A stretch of DNA of 61,374 bases, counting the filler, from Globobulimina sp. (lineage: Eukaryota), in NCBI GenBank assembly GCA_003354225.1. It is 22 parts of 22 records of this genome, joined end to end, with 100 filler letters (N's around TTAATTAATTAA, not from the genome) between each part and the next. Parts side by side here need not be neighbours in the genome. Positions count along the whole stretch, not along the records: positions 11,185 to 13,880 come from PIVH01005307.1; positions 13,981 to 16,675 come from PIVH01005308.1; positions 16,776 to 19,470 come from PIVH01005309.1; positions 19,571 to 22,265 come from PIVH01005310.1; positions 22,366 to 25,060 come from PIVH01005311.1; 17 more parts are not named here. One strand, written 5' to 3'. Shown here piece by piece: positions 13,677 to 25,160 of the stretch. Each line of letters starts with the position of its first letter. The first letter of the stretch is position 1. A program made the translations under genes and the position numbers. The notes beneath the pieces were generated by a model. The model ran no database searches, was not told the origin of the DNA, and saw only the letters and a list, made by a program, of their open reading frames with translations.

Positions 13677-13880
13677 CTACAAAGAATGCTGTTTGATCCA
13701 AATATCAATACTATCTTTTAAATTTTTATTGGATACAATATCTTTTAATTCAGCATATTGTTCGGTGATTGGATCTTTATTATATTTTTTAATATACTCC
13801 TCAATAACTTGTCTATTATACGTATTGCCAGAAACAGTTAATATTACCGGATCCGTCATAATCTCAAATGTAACAGGATC
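13677..13880 (-). CDS. C-terminal U-box domain (5' truncated)
   Basis: DPVTFEIMTDPVILTVSGNTYNRQVIEEYI...DPIT...N-x-N-LK-x-x-I-x-x-W matches the U-box consensus. Confidence 0.9.
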   Translation of the reverse strand, partial: DPVTFEIMTDPVILTVSGNTYNRQVIEEYIKKYNKDPITEQYAELKDIVSNKNLKDSIDIWIKQHSL

Positions 13881-14181
13881 NNNNNNNNNNNNNNNNNNNN
13901 NNNNNNNNNNNNNNNNNNNNNNNNTTAATTAATTAANNNNNNNNNNNNNNNNNNNNNNNNNNNNNNNNNNNNNNNNNNNNAATGAGAAAGGCAGTATCAT
14001 TCTATGCTGTACAGAGACCCAGCTGCAGTACCGTGCATTTCCTGACAAAGCCAACTAGACCCACCTCCGAGATAAGTTTTGTAGCAAAAGTTTGGAGTAC
14101 TGTGTTATCAAAAAGAGAGTGTCAAAGAATACGCGTTATATTTTAATTATGCAAACACTACAATTAAAATAACACAGATTA

Positions 14182-16290
14182 TTATAAATATAAACCTTCA
14201 ACTTTGTCAACCAACTCTTTATTCGAGGCAGTATCCGCTCGCTTATTACCATTCATCTTTCGCTGCATTATCTCCATAACAATTTGTTGGTGAGTACGGG
14301 TTTCCTCCTTCGCCACAGTTTGCGCCAAAAATATAGCGGCTTCTTTGTCCACGGTTCTGTCGACAGTCAATGCTGAAATCGCATGCGACTGCAACGTAAT
14401 TAATTTCTTTTTGGGACTGTCATGCTGTGAGAATAAATATCGATTGTCGGAGCGTCGTAAATTATGTGCCATTCGATCCATTCGTTGATTCATATTATTG
14501 GTCATTTGATTGATTTTGTCATCAAAGACAGCTTTCTGGGCTTGGAGCACATTGTTGGTATTGTCAGAGGCTTGAATGGTCAGATTGATCACTGTGGGAT
14601 GGCGAAGGGAGGGAATTTGTAAGTATCGATCGGGTAAATTCTTTCTGGCGTTTCCGGCCATGGCGGTTTGTTTCATGGACACCGGCAAATTTCACCATAT
14701 GATGGGATTTACGTTTATGGAGCGATTTGAGACATTCATCGACTAAACGTTTCTCAAAATACGGAGAATTCCATTTTTTCAATTGGTTGCCTTTCGCATC
14801 GAGGACTTTATCATGCTTCAAATGGGAGAATCTTTCCAATACTTTGGGCACCAACCAACGCCACCAAAATTCTTTAATGTCGTCGTTTATAGGATCGGTA
14901 AAAAAATACATAATAAATGAGGTCAATGACAGAGCGTTTATCTGCAGATACCAACGGATTAATAAATAACTGATTGTATTGCATGGCATATAACATATTG
15001 AGGGATATTCCAGTCATAATAATATTATCCAAAAAGGCAATAAATGCAATCCTACGCTCTTCATTGTAACAACGGATGGTTTCCTTCAATGTTTTGCCAG
15101 CTGCCACCATGACCTCCATATTGGAAATCATTTTATCGAAGAATCTGCGGGATGTAACATATAAATTTATAACATTCTCCGTCGATTTTTGTCCTCGTAA
15201 TTGCTTACCGCGGAATCGTAACAGATTGAGAACGGTCAGGGCATCGGTACGGACCTTCGGATTTTTAAAATGCGCAAATTGTTTATTACCCAATATCGAA
15301 TAAACAACATTCTTAAATAAATATGCGTTGACTTTGGTCAATGCACTAAATCGATTAGTTGGAGGCGTTGGGTTAAGACTGGCAAACGGATCAATATCCA
15401 AATCCAATGCGGAATGTACTGGCGATTCATGAATAAGAAAATGTGACGGATCAGTTGTATACATCGGCGAATCTTTAACATTTGTATTTGTACGTTGGGT
15501 TTGTCTGGTTTCGAAGGTTCGCGATATTTGGGTTTGTTCGGATCGTTGCCGACTTCGATGGTTTGTATTTGCTTCATCATCATCAGCGTCCATTTCCTTT
15601 TTGTCAGATTCTTTGGTTTCGGGCTGATCACTGTCTTCCGAAATATCGAGCAAGTTAGTTTGGGATTGCTGCGAATGCGAGCCAGTAATGTTAAAATCTG
15701 GTTGTTGTGATAAAACAAATGCTTCATCAATGGAGAGTACTTTGCCATCGTCTGTGATCCCGTTGGTATTACTGGCATTCTCATTGTCTGCAGAATCATC
15801 GTCGGATCTCGTCGTTTTTGTATGTTTATTTGTATTTGAATCAGGAACAGGAGCTAATAATGGTGACGTTTGAATATTATATTGTAATAAACATTTCTTG
15901 TAACCGACCCACTCTCTCGATTTCCGAAATACAGACACTTTATCCACGGGAACCCTGTTTACAGAACGCTGCCAATAATTCTTTCACTGGGCGTACGGTG
16001 GGCGATGGTCTTGGCTGTGCTAAGTTATATTTCTTGTTTAAACGATCCAATATCGCTTCGTAGGACGAGGATTGGCTGGGAATAATATACATATATTTGT
16101 TATTTTTAATGTAATCAACGATGTTCACATAATCCTCTTTAAAATATTTCACCGGCGCTGCAGTTGAGCCTTTTAATGGTTGTTTCATTAATGATGGGGT
16201 CAAAAAGAATAGTTTTGGATTACTATCAACCGTTGCAGCAAATTTATCAAATTCAGTTACTGTTAATGTTAACGCCATATCGACGATCAC
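14182..16290 (-). CDS. Probable single gene of about 700 codons split into four overlapping ORFs by three +1 frame changes (frameshifted gene or pseudogene)
   Basis: ORFs 15940-16290, 14874-15947, 14564-14989 and 14182-14688 overlap in succession. Each is in the +1 frame of the previous one, with no AT-rich 50-80 nt intron at the junctions. Confidence 0.5.
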
Positions 16291-16775
16291 CAGTATAATT
16301 TACTAATAATGATGCCTAAAAATTCAATGATTTGCTAAGCGTTTCTATCGGTTTGTTGGCAGCAGCCTTGGTGAGAATAAACAATAGAAAGAGGACAGTG
16401 AAGTTAAGTGAACTAAAGATAAAATCAAGTAAATACAATAAAAACACTTTAGAATGTTAAGAATCATAACACTGCGTTTTATTTATAAATAATTAAAACT
16501 CCGAAAATAATTATATTTTATTATTTGCACACAAATTGTTATCATTTATCTCTTATTTATCTGCAAAAATGGACAATTATATGGCTCGTCGTGGTTAGAT
16601 TTGTATATTGATTCAAATTGCGGCAACTCGCAAAATGGGCGCAAATTTTTAATATTTTCCACTTGTTTTTTTTTTNNNNNNNNNNNNNNNNNNNNNNNNN
16701 NNNNNNNNNNNNNNNNNNNTTAATTAATTAANNNNNNNNNNNNNNNNNNNNNNNNNNNNNNNNNNNNNNNNNNNN

Positions 16776-16984
16776 CCAATTAATGTGGGTTTGTCATGTT
16801 GAAGGATATCCATATCGTCATCAGATTCAATGATGTCATTTGGTTGATTGATTATCGGAGGTGGAATAACATTATTATCATTAGCAAAACCCATTATTGT
16901 ATGCGTGGTTGCTCTCAAAGTATATTCCTCTGAATCAGATTCATTGTTCGTATTTACTTCAATGCCACCGTCATTTGTTGCCAT
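16776..16984 (-). CDS. 5' fragment of a hypothetical protein
   Basis: ATG-initiated acidic ORF running off the contig end. Confidence 0.45.
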
Positions 16985-17217
16985 GGTTTAAAATTGTTTA
17001 ATTTGGGATCTACGACTCAGATTATAAACGACAAACAAATTTGTACATGTATTTGGTTTGCTGACCACAAACCCTACACACTGCTAAGCAAACCATACAA
17101 ACTGTTTTAGTCAAAACCATTCAAAACAATTACATCCAATCAAAACAATACAAAATAAAAACTAAAAATGATACTTAAAAAATACATAAAATAGGTCAAA
17201 AAAGGTAAAAAAATAAT

Positions 17218-18168
17218 TTAAAATGTGAAACTAGTTGTCGTTTTTTTCATATTTTTATTTTCTGTATGTTTGATAATAAATGGATGACATGATATTTGCT
17301 GTAATGATAATCGTTTTGTAGGATCTTTAGTTAACAATTTTTTAATTAGATCTCTAGCATAAAGAGTAACATGCCCAGGGAATATAAATTGAACATTTTT
17401 AATTTTTATAAATGTAGTTATTTGTTCATTTGATTCAAACGGTGGCGAACCACATAAAAATTCAAACATCAACACACCTAATGACCATACATCAACTGCT
17501 GGATCGTATCGTTTTTTTTCTACAATTTCAGGTGCGATATAATCCAATGTGCCACATAATGTATTTCTTTTCGTTTCCGGATCATGTACACTCCATCCAA
17601 AATCCGCCAATTTTATATTATTTCCGTCATCCAATAATAAATTCTCAGGCTTGATATCTGTGATACAGTACACATATATAATTATTATTAATATATCGCA
17701 CATCATACCTCTATGAATCACATGCTTGGAATGGCAATAAAGTAATGCTGCGGATAAATCCAATATGTATTTTGCTGTTTCTTTCTCTGTGAATGTATCG
17801 TTTTCTCTTAATTTAGTAAATAATTCACCGCCACAACAATACTCTAATACTAAATATATTTTTTCTTTATCATGAAAATATGTAAATAAACGCATGATAT
17901 GTTTATGTCGTAAATGTGCTAATATCTCAATTTCCCGTCGTAATTGATGTCCAACATGATGTTTAATTAATATTTGCTTATATAACACTTTGATTGCAAC
18001 AATATATTTTGTTTTTTTCTCCCGCGCTAAATATACTTTACCAAATTTGCCTCTTCCTAATCGTTTACCAATCTCAAAATCCGATATACACCATTCTTTA
18101 TCATCTAATGAATTCATTGATGAAAACGTGCTTATTCCAATCGACATTGTTCGTGATGGTGTTGCCAT
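17218..18168 (-). CDS. AURK: Aurora kinase
   Basis: DFEIGKRLGRGKFGKVYLARE, QLRREIEI, HRDIKPEN (after removing the 51-nt in-frame intron 17658-17708), ADFGWSVH, RNTLCGTLDYIAPE. Confidence 0.96.
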   Translation of the reverse strand: MATPSRTMSIGISTFSSMNSLDDKEWCISDFEIGKRLGRGKFGKVYLAREKKTKYIVAIKVLYKQILIKHHVGHQLRREIEILAHLRHKHIMRLFTYFHDKEKIYLVLEYCCGGELFTKLRENDTFTEKETAKYILDLSAALLYCHSKHVIHRGMMCDILIIIIYVYCITDIKPENLLLDDGNNIKLADFGWSVHDPETKRNTLCGTLDYIAPEIVEKKRYDPAVDVWSLGVLMFEFLCGSPPFESNEQITTFIKIKNVQFIFPGHVTLYARDLIKKLLTKDPTKRLSLQQISCHPFIIKHTENKNMKKTTTSFTF

Positions 18169-18256
18169 TATGTTGTTAGTGATGGAGTTGATGGTGTTTG
18201 CGATGAATATTCAGAACAAAATTATTTTTGAATTTTTTTTTTCAAAGTTCTGTATC

Positions 18257-19111
18257 ATGGGTTGCTGTATGGAAGCAATGTGTCTTCACACATTGAAACG
18301 ATGTGGTTGTTGCATTTGCGATTGTTGTTATGGTTCATCATCGAAAAAATGTTATTGCACCCTACACGAAACAGAATATGGTCAAACTGTATTTAATTCA
18401 CCATTTTCATTAATTCTCTATGATAAATGGAGTAAAGAAAGCGATGTTTATAAAAATAAAGAAGGAATTTTCGAGCAATTATCGGAAACAGTTATAACAA
18501 ATAAGAATTTAGTACAAGATTTAGTAATTTTAGACATAGGATGCGGTACTGGCTGTTTTACGACGTCATTAGCAAACACATTTATGGCAGACAATAATGA
18601 TACGTTAATTTGTATGGATATATCCCCTCAATGTTTACATTTTGTTCGTACGCGCGTAGTTGAACAAAATGCAATGTTAAGAAGCAAACATATTGAATAT
18701 TTTAATAATGATACAAATTCACTTTGTTTAGAAAACTATTACAATGACAATAACATTGATATAATATTTATGGCATTTGTTTTAAATCATATTTCTGTTG
18801 GAAAGGGAGACAGACATTGCATTTTAAAGCAATTATATTCAGTGTGTAAAAATGATGGAGCTTTTATCGTATTTGAATATGGAACACAGTTTTTACAACA
18901 ATTTAATGAACCAATTAACAGTTCTGGTTCTGACAAGGATGGGGATGGTGCAGTGTTATTAGAAAATGCACCAAATGATACTACAATGTCTGGTTTTAAG
19001 TGTTGTGATGAGTTGCAACAATATGTTGAGGGATTTGGATTTAAATTTGAGAAAAGAATAATGGAGGAAACATTTGGTAATCAACAATGGATTCTATTGT
19101 TTAGAAAATAA
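18257..19111 (+). CDS. Class I SAM-dependent methyltransferase with a Cys-rich, probably acylated N-terminus
   Basis: Motif I ILDIGCGTG, acidic motif MDIS, DIIF...VLNH, GAFIVFE. The likely start MGCC at 18257 is preferred over the track's TTG at 17990, which overlaps Aurora. Confidence 0.85.
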   Translation: MGCCMEAMCLHTLKRCGCCICDCCYGSSSKKCYCTLHETEYGQTVFNSPFSLILYDKWSKESDVYKNKEGIFEQLSETVITNKNLVQDLVILDIGCGTGCFTTSLANTFMADNNDTLICMDISPQCLHFVRTRVVEQNAMLRSKHIEYFNNDTNSLCLENYYNDNNIDIIFMAFVLNHISVGKGDRHCILKQLYSVCKNDGAFIVFEYGTQFLQQFNEPINSSGSDKDGDGAVLLENAPNDTTMSGFKCCDELQQYVEGFGFKFEKRIMEETFGNQQWILLFRK

Positions 19112-19671
19112 TATTTGTATAATCTGAGTAATGAAATATAATTATCATACAAAACTTTTTCATTTTTTTAATTTTTTTTATGTATGTACAAATATATAAA
19201 TTTGATAATTAGATTTCGGACACGTGGATTTCGGGGAATTACGCTCATTTCTGTGGCGCTTTTTCTCTGTCAAAAAGTTTTTATACTTAAGTTGACCTAT
19301 CGTTGGAACATGGCAAGCACAGAAAACCTTAGATTTGTGTTGGAAATGTATGACAAGTGTTGATATATTTTTGTTGTATTGCTAGAATCGAATGATATGT
19401 TACTTTTCCTGTACAGGACTAAGATATGTAACAATCCGATAGGAAATGTTATTGTGAGTCCATCATTGAANNNNNNNNNNNNNNNNNNNNNNNNNNNNNN
19501 NNNNNNNNNNNNNNTTAATTAATTAANNNNNNNNNNNNNNNNNNNNNNNNNNNNNNNNNNNNNNNNNNNNATTTATCAGCTTCATAACTACTCACAATTT
19601 ATAATTATGAGCTAACCTCATTTAAAACCATCACTTGCAATAATTGTTATTGTTGATATATCCAATATACA

Positions 19672-20655
19672 ATGCATTTTTTACTTGAATTTACCTTCGT
19701 TGTCGCTGGTTTCATCCAACAATATAAAATCCCTACATACAAAACCAAATGGAGCCGAACCGCTATTTCCGACATAGCGCTTACTGTCGACCAGATTAAT
19801 CATGATATATTGCAACGAAATGGATGTTTTTACATTAATTTATCGCCGCATAGGCATGAATATACTGTCGGACCAGTTGAATTGCAACATTTTGGAATTA
19901 TAGGTTTGCCTGAAAATGATGAAGCGACAGTTATGTTATAATCTAAGTATTTAATTCCTAAAACACGTATAATAATGTTGTGTAATATACAGATCGTTCA
20001 TATTGAAAACCAAAAACAATTTGAAGAATCAGTATTAGATTGGTTGTTATCAAAGGATTTATATATCCGGTGCTATAATAAGGATAATCGTGATGAACCA
20101 GAATTGGATCAGCGGCGAGAAATGCTCACTTCTCAACGAGCAGATGAGCTCATTCAAACCAGAAACTCTGAGAAGAAACATGTGCTGCCAACAACTGCTA
20201 TACATTCGCATACATTGCAGAGAATAAATGAATTGCGGAAAGCTGATGGAGAGCCATCTTGGCAAACTGACATGGCCAACAACATGCCATCGCTACTAGT
20301 AGACACTGCAAAATTTAGCTCGAGATTGGTTACGTATACACCAACATTTGGAGATACAACAATGACCACATATGGAAGGTTAATTCGCAGAATGATATCG
20401 GAGAACATATCACAGACTGCATCAGAAAACTACTTATCTGCAGTATCATTCGTATCATTCTTTGGGGAATCCATTGCCTATTTACCATGGTGGATATCTA
20501 TAGGAGTCGTTATTGTGGCAGTTATCTGCATTGTGGCAGCAATTCATTGTGCCGGTAAATTGAAACAAAAAGAACAGAAATTAGTTATAACTGAAGAAGT
20601 GAATTTGTTATCGATATCACCAGATAGTGATACAATTAACATTATCGTGCATTGA
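19672..20655 (+). CDS. Hypothetical single-pass membrane protein (two exons)
   Basis: 63-nt intron 19930-19992 joins the two ORFs in frame; C-terminal TM WWISIGVVIVAVICIVAAI. Confidence 0.6.
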
Positions 20656-20851
20656 TTTTGCAATTGTGTGTGTTCATGATAATTATTAATTTTATTTTAC
20701 GTGTTTTGAAGTGTTAAAAAAACATTCTGATGAAAGTGTGTCAAAAACTTAAGCTTGGTCATGTCACTTGGAATTCACGGTTTGCACCACGGCCGTTGAC
20801 TTGCTTACGGTTTAGTTTTTTTTTGTAAAATGCGATTGGATCTGATTTTTA

Positions 20852-21833
20852 GTGAATATAATATCACGCAGACATAATGGCAATATACATTTGATACGAA
20901 ATCGTTTTTGTTCCCAACCGAAACTGCCAAAGGATGAGAAAGATACAGATAAAGAAGCAGAAAAATCAAAGGATGAAAATGCTACTTCAGGACCAATAGC
21001 TTCAATGTTAAAAGATGTATTTTCATGGTCTGCAAAAGCAGCTGAAGCAATGGCAAAAAATTCGGAAAATACTGCAAACGAAAAAAGTGATACCAATAAA
21101 AAAAAGGATAATAACACTCAATGGATAGCAATGTGGACAGAAATAAAAGAATCAAATAAATTTGAATTGGATGTTGATCCAAAACAAGGCGATATTTTGA
21201 ACAATGAATGGGGTGCATTTCAGCAAATATCTCGAATTGAGTTCATGCACAGGTTTGTGAACCATTTATATCATTTATTTGATTGCTATAACAACACAAT
21301 ATAATACAATAAATAATAACTTCAGAACAATGATGAAAGTAAATTATTATCCATTAAAGTATGAGGAATTTATGGTTGGTGCTTATCAAGGAATGGAATT
21401 CATTTTTGAGTGTTTGGAACAGAATGATTTGGACAAACTTAGAGATGTTGTTACACCGCAATGTATGGATAAAATTAATGAGTTAAAAGATAGAATATTG
21501 GATAAAAAATATAATTGCGTTGGTAAAATAATGCCATACCTCAAGGATGTGAATAATAGACCAAGTTTTAAGGATACTTCGATCACTGCAAAGTATACTG
21601 TTCGATATTATTATCAATTAAAATGCACAAATGTTGACAAGTCAAATGGCGATCTTGTACTGGATCAGGAGGAAAAGCAAAACATTGATGAGTATATTCA
21701 AAAAAGATGTGATGTAACCTGGCAATCCACATGGCTGCCAGTTAAAGGGTGGAGATTTACAATATCTGAGGATGGATGGATGGTGGAAGATATTGACTGT
21801 GCCGATATTGTAAAAGTTCCACCAAAGTCTTAA
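20852..21833 (+). CDS. Mitochondrial Tim44-like/MAIP1-like protein (two exons)
   Basis: Arg-rich presequence ending RFCS; 73-nt intron 21253-21325; EEFMVGA...I...L...DLDKLRDVVTP resembles Tim44-like domains. Confidence 0.55.
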
Positions 21834-21899
21834 TTTTGATTTGTTAAAGCTAGTTTGAAGATTTTTTGAGTATAAAAAAAGAAAACTTTACTTTTTCCA

Positions 21900-22265
21900 A
21901 TGCCAAGAAGAAGAAAAGCAACACGAAGCAACAAATCACGTAGTCATAACAGTGATGATTTTGGGACAATAAGACGAGGACGAGGTGCATCATCTCGATC
22001 ATCATACGTTTCTACCAACAAAACAAATATTTCAAGCCATCATCATCTGTCCTCATTTAATCCCATTGCAACAGCGTCCACAGTTGTACCTACACCACCT
22101 GCTCCTACATCCGCTGCGGTAACACCACCATCCCCACCATCCACAGCAGCATCAAAACCCAAAGAAGCCCCAACACCAATCTCAATTCCAATTGATTGTG
22201 ATGAGCCAGACCCAAATCTCCATAACAAAAATATCAAAAAACCAGAATCACCCAAATCGCCAATA
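21900..22265 (+). CDS. 5' fragment of an Arg/Ser/Pro-rich protein
   Basis: ATG ORF open to the contig end, low complexity. Confidence 0.5.
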
Positions 22266-22365
22266 NNNNNNNNNNNNNNNNNNNNNNNNNNNNNNNNNNN
22301 NNNNNNNNNTTAATTAATTAANNNNNNNNNNNNNNNNNNNNNNNNNNNNNNNNNNNNNNNNNNNN

Positions 22366-22484
22366 AATGCGCAACCATTGGATTACGAAGATGACGATGA
22401 CGATGATAATCAATAATAATTTATTTATTTTTTCCTTTTTTCTTTTTTTGTTGGTTGGTTGACAGTAAATATAGCAAACCAACA
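22366..22484 (+). repeat. 119-bp terminal direct repeat (left copy)
   Basis: Same sequence as 24942-25060 at the other end of the contig. Confidence 0.95.
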
Positions 22485-23132
22485 CAACATAAATAAAAAC
22501 ACAAAACAAACAAAAAACAAAACAAAAATTGATATAATAAATAAAAAATACTATAAAAATAGACTTTAAATTATAATAAATTCTTACTTTTCTTTTTATT
22601 TTAAAAAAAAAATCTTTTTATTATTTTTCTATAAATTCGGATTTATAATCAATGCAAATAAATTGACATTTGATTTTTATTATTTTATTTATTTTATCTT
22701 ATTTTTGATTATTAATGCGATGTATCGGTGCCATATGTAACCGTTTCGTATATTTTTACAAATTGTATATTAATTAATTAATCTGTTTAAATTATTTTTA
22801 TTTCCGCCATTTTTTTATGTTTATAAATACAAAACTTTTTATTCTCTTTTCTTTTTAAATTGGGTGATAATTATTTAATTACTCACAAAATTATATATGT
22901 TTTCCACTTTTTCTTCCTTTGTTTCTTTTTGTTTTTTTTTCCTATGACTGTATGAAATATTTAGTTATCATACAACAACTATGTGTTATTAATTATTATA
23001 TGTGTGAATCATACATGTATTTAATAAATCCCTTGTGGATAAGTAATAACGTGAATTATTGTATGTGTGTAATTAAATTAAAATCTTGCTTTCATAGGCC
23101 TTATAGGCTTGGAACATCGAAAATTTTTTATT

Positions 23133-23261
23133 GTATACTTTCCTGTAGATTGGTTAAAAAGGATTTCGTTTCAGATTATCCTTTCACTGCTGGAAGATAA
23201 TCACCAGTCTAAAAAAAACTGGCCCGAAATCCTTTCGAACCAATCAACAGGGAAAGTATAC
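23133..23261. mobile_element. MITE-like element with about 36-bp imperfect TIRs and TA flanks (Tc1/mariner-like)
   Basis: GTATACTTTCCTGTAGATTGGTT...AAAGGATTTCG versus CGAAATCCTTT..AACCAATCAACAGGGAAAGTATAC. Confidence 0.7.
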
Positions 23262-23310
23262 CGAGTCTGAAAAAGAACTTATTAAATTATATACAAAAAT
23301 ACACATGATA

Positions 23311-23341
23311 CACAAGTGCACATGGTCCATGTGCACTTGTG
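23311..23341. repeat. Perfect palindrome with 15-bp arms and a 1-nt centre
   Basis: CACAAGTGCACATGG-T-CCATGTGCACTTGTG, with imperfect extension to about 23299-23356. Confidence 0.9.
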
Positions 23342-24102
23342 CATCATATGTGTAGCTATGTGTTCCTATGTGCATACATGTGTATTTATACTATGATATC
23401 CAATGCATTTTCACCATAGGGTTTCTAGACAGACATGATTAAAGATGTAGTTTCTAGTAAGTCAAAGTAAAGTTTAAATTAAATCAAAAGTTTTACAAAA
23501 AGAGAGTCAACGGCCTCTGTTGCCACCACCAAGTCCACTAATCACCGATCAAAATTAAATCACCACATTTTCTGCAAAACAAACGTTTGCTATCATTTGT
23601 ACATTGATAATCATGAGGATAACATATTAGACGCGCAATAACATAACAAACGTTTAGTTTTTCTCTTTGTTTGTATTTTTTTCGCTTTTTTTATCCATTT
23701 TAAAACAGATTGATGATATTTATGAGTATATATATGAGTACTAATATGCGTATATCTTATCGGGAACACTACTGTATATCATAAATTGTTCTTGATGCAT
23801 CATGTTTTTGTATCTTCTATGATGTTGTACGACGATAAAATCATATTTTATTTTTGAAAATGTTTGTTTTTTCACATGCACTTGAGCATTGTTGAAAATA
23901 ATTAAAAACTTTCCTCAAACCTATTTTCTTTCATTCCTGCCAGTCTCAAGCTAAAGCTATATCGCAATATATGAAAGTTATTACTCGCGGAGAACCAGCT
24001 CAATACATTATGTGATGGCAATTCTTGCCGCGTATGGTACGGTACATGTTCTGTATGAATTTATTTTGGCGGTTTAATTCAACCGTAGACCATCCTAAAT
24101 GA

Positions 24103-24215
24103 GCAACCATCTCAACCATCCATCTCAACCATCCATCCAACCAACATCGCATCCATCCACCCATCATCGCAACCATCCATCCAACAACACCATCCAACAT
24201 CGCGTCCATCCATCC
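24103..24215. repeat. Degenerate (CCAT)n / CAACCATC microsatellite
   Basis: C-rich strand of repeated CCATCC and CAACCATC units within an otherwise AT-rich contig. Confidence 0.85.
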
Positions 24216-24369
24216 GGCGCATTTTTTGCGGAACAGAAGTGTGGCGCTTTTGCTATGTTTTATGGAACATTGCATTCGGAAATGTCAACGTGACTACGTG
24301 AGATGTAGTGTTTAGTAAAAATAGAAAATTTAAATGTTGATTGAAGAAATGAACTAAAAGCAAAAACCC

Positions 24370-25060
24370 TAATGGAAAATGGAAAATCATTTTATCAGCA
24401 ATGGAAAATGATATTAGAATTATGTGCATGTCCGATCAGTTGCCGCTTAATACGTATATGGCCTACAAAGCCAACAACCACTCATTCCAACCATATTGCA
24501 ATCAACATTGCAATCAACATTACGATTGTGATACACAACAACTTGACGAAACACTCATGCATTACTTCGTTGAGTGTCAGGCTGAGCATTATATCATACC
24601 ACGAAGAAAACTGTTCGATGCGATATCGGCTATATATGATAAGCATAATAGAACAGTATCAAAAGATAAAAATAAATTATTCTTTGATGAAAACGGTGGT
24701 ATCAAACACATACAAAAGTTCCTATTATTAGATATTAGATTACGTGTAAATATCATAAAAAGACTTAACACCCCGGTCAAAGCTCGGATCATAGAATTCA
24801 GACGTGAACTAAAGGATCGCTAGGCCGTGCTTTCACACATGACAAGGTGTGACACACACCGAGTCGTATATGATAAACTTTGTCAAAGATACAAGACGTG
24901 ATTTGATTAGAATGTATACCAAAGGAATGTGCAAAAAGATGAATGCGCAACCATTGGATTACGAAGATGACGATGACGATGATAATCAATAATAATTTAT
25001 TTATTTTTTCCTTTTTTCTTTTTTTGTTGGTTGGTTGACAGTAAATATAGCAAACCAACA
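24370..25060 (+). mobile_element. Degenerate 3' end of a non-LTR retrotransposon ORF2 (CCHC/zf-RVT-like finger) plus 3' UTR
   Basis: ORF 24401-24823 has LPLNTYM...YC-x3-C...ETLMHYFVEC, the typical LINE C-terminal zinc knuckle. Stops follow downstream. Across the terminal repeat it continues into an A/C-rich tail at about 22485-22530. Confidence 0.65.
24942..25060 (+). repeat. 119-bp terminal direct repeat (right copy)
   Basis: Same sequence as 22366-22484. Confidence 0.95.
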
Positions 25061-25160
25061 NNNNNNNNNNNNNNNNNNNNNNNNNNNNNNNNNNNNNNNN
25101 NNNNTTAATTAATTAANNNNNNNNNNNNNNNNNNNNNNNNNNNNNNNNNNNNNNNNNNNN

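Noticed and set aside
17990-18256. N-terminal extension of the methyltransferase overlapping Aurora antisense
   Set aside because: TTG start and shadow of the kinase gene; MGCC at 18257 is the plausible start.
24000-24293. Trp/Met-rich and His/Pro-rich ORFs; possible telomere repeat
   Set aside because: Translations of a degenerate CCAT microsatellite; internal, irregular and not a TTAGGG-type array.
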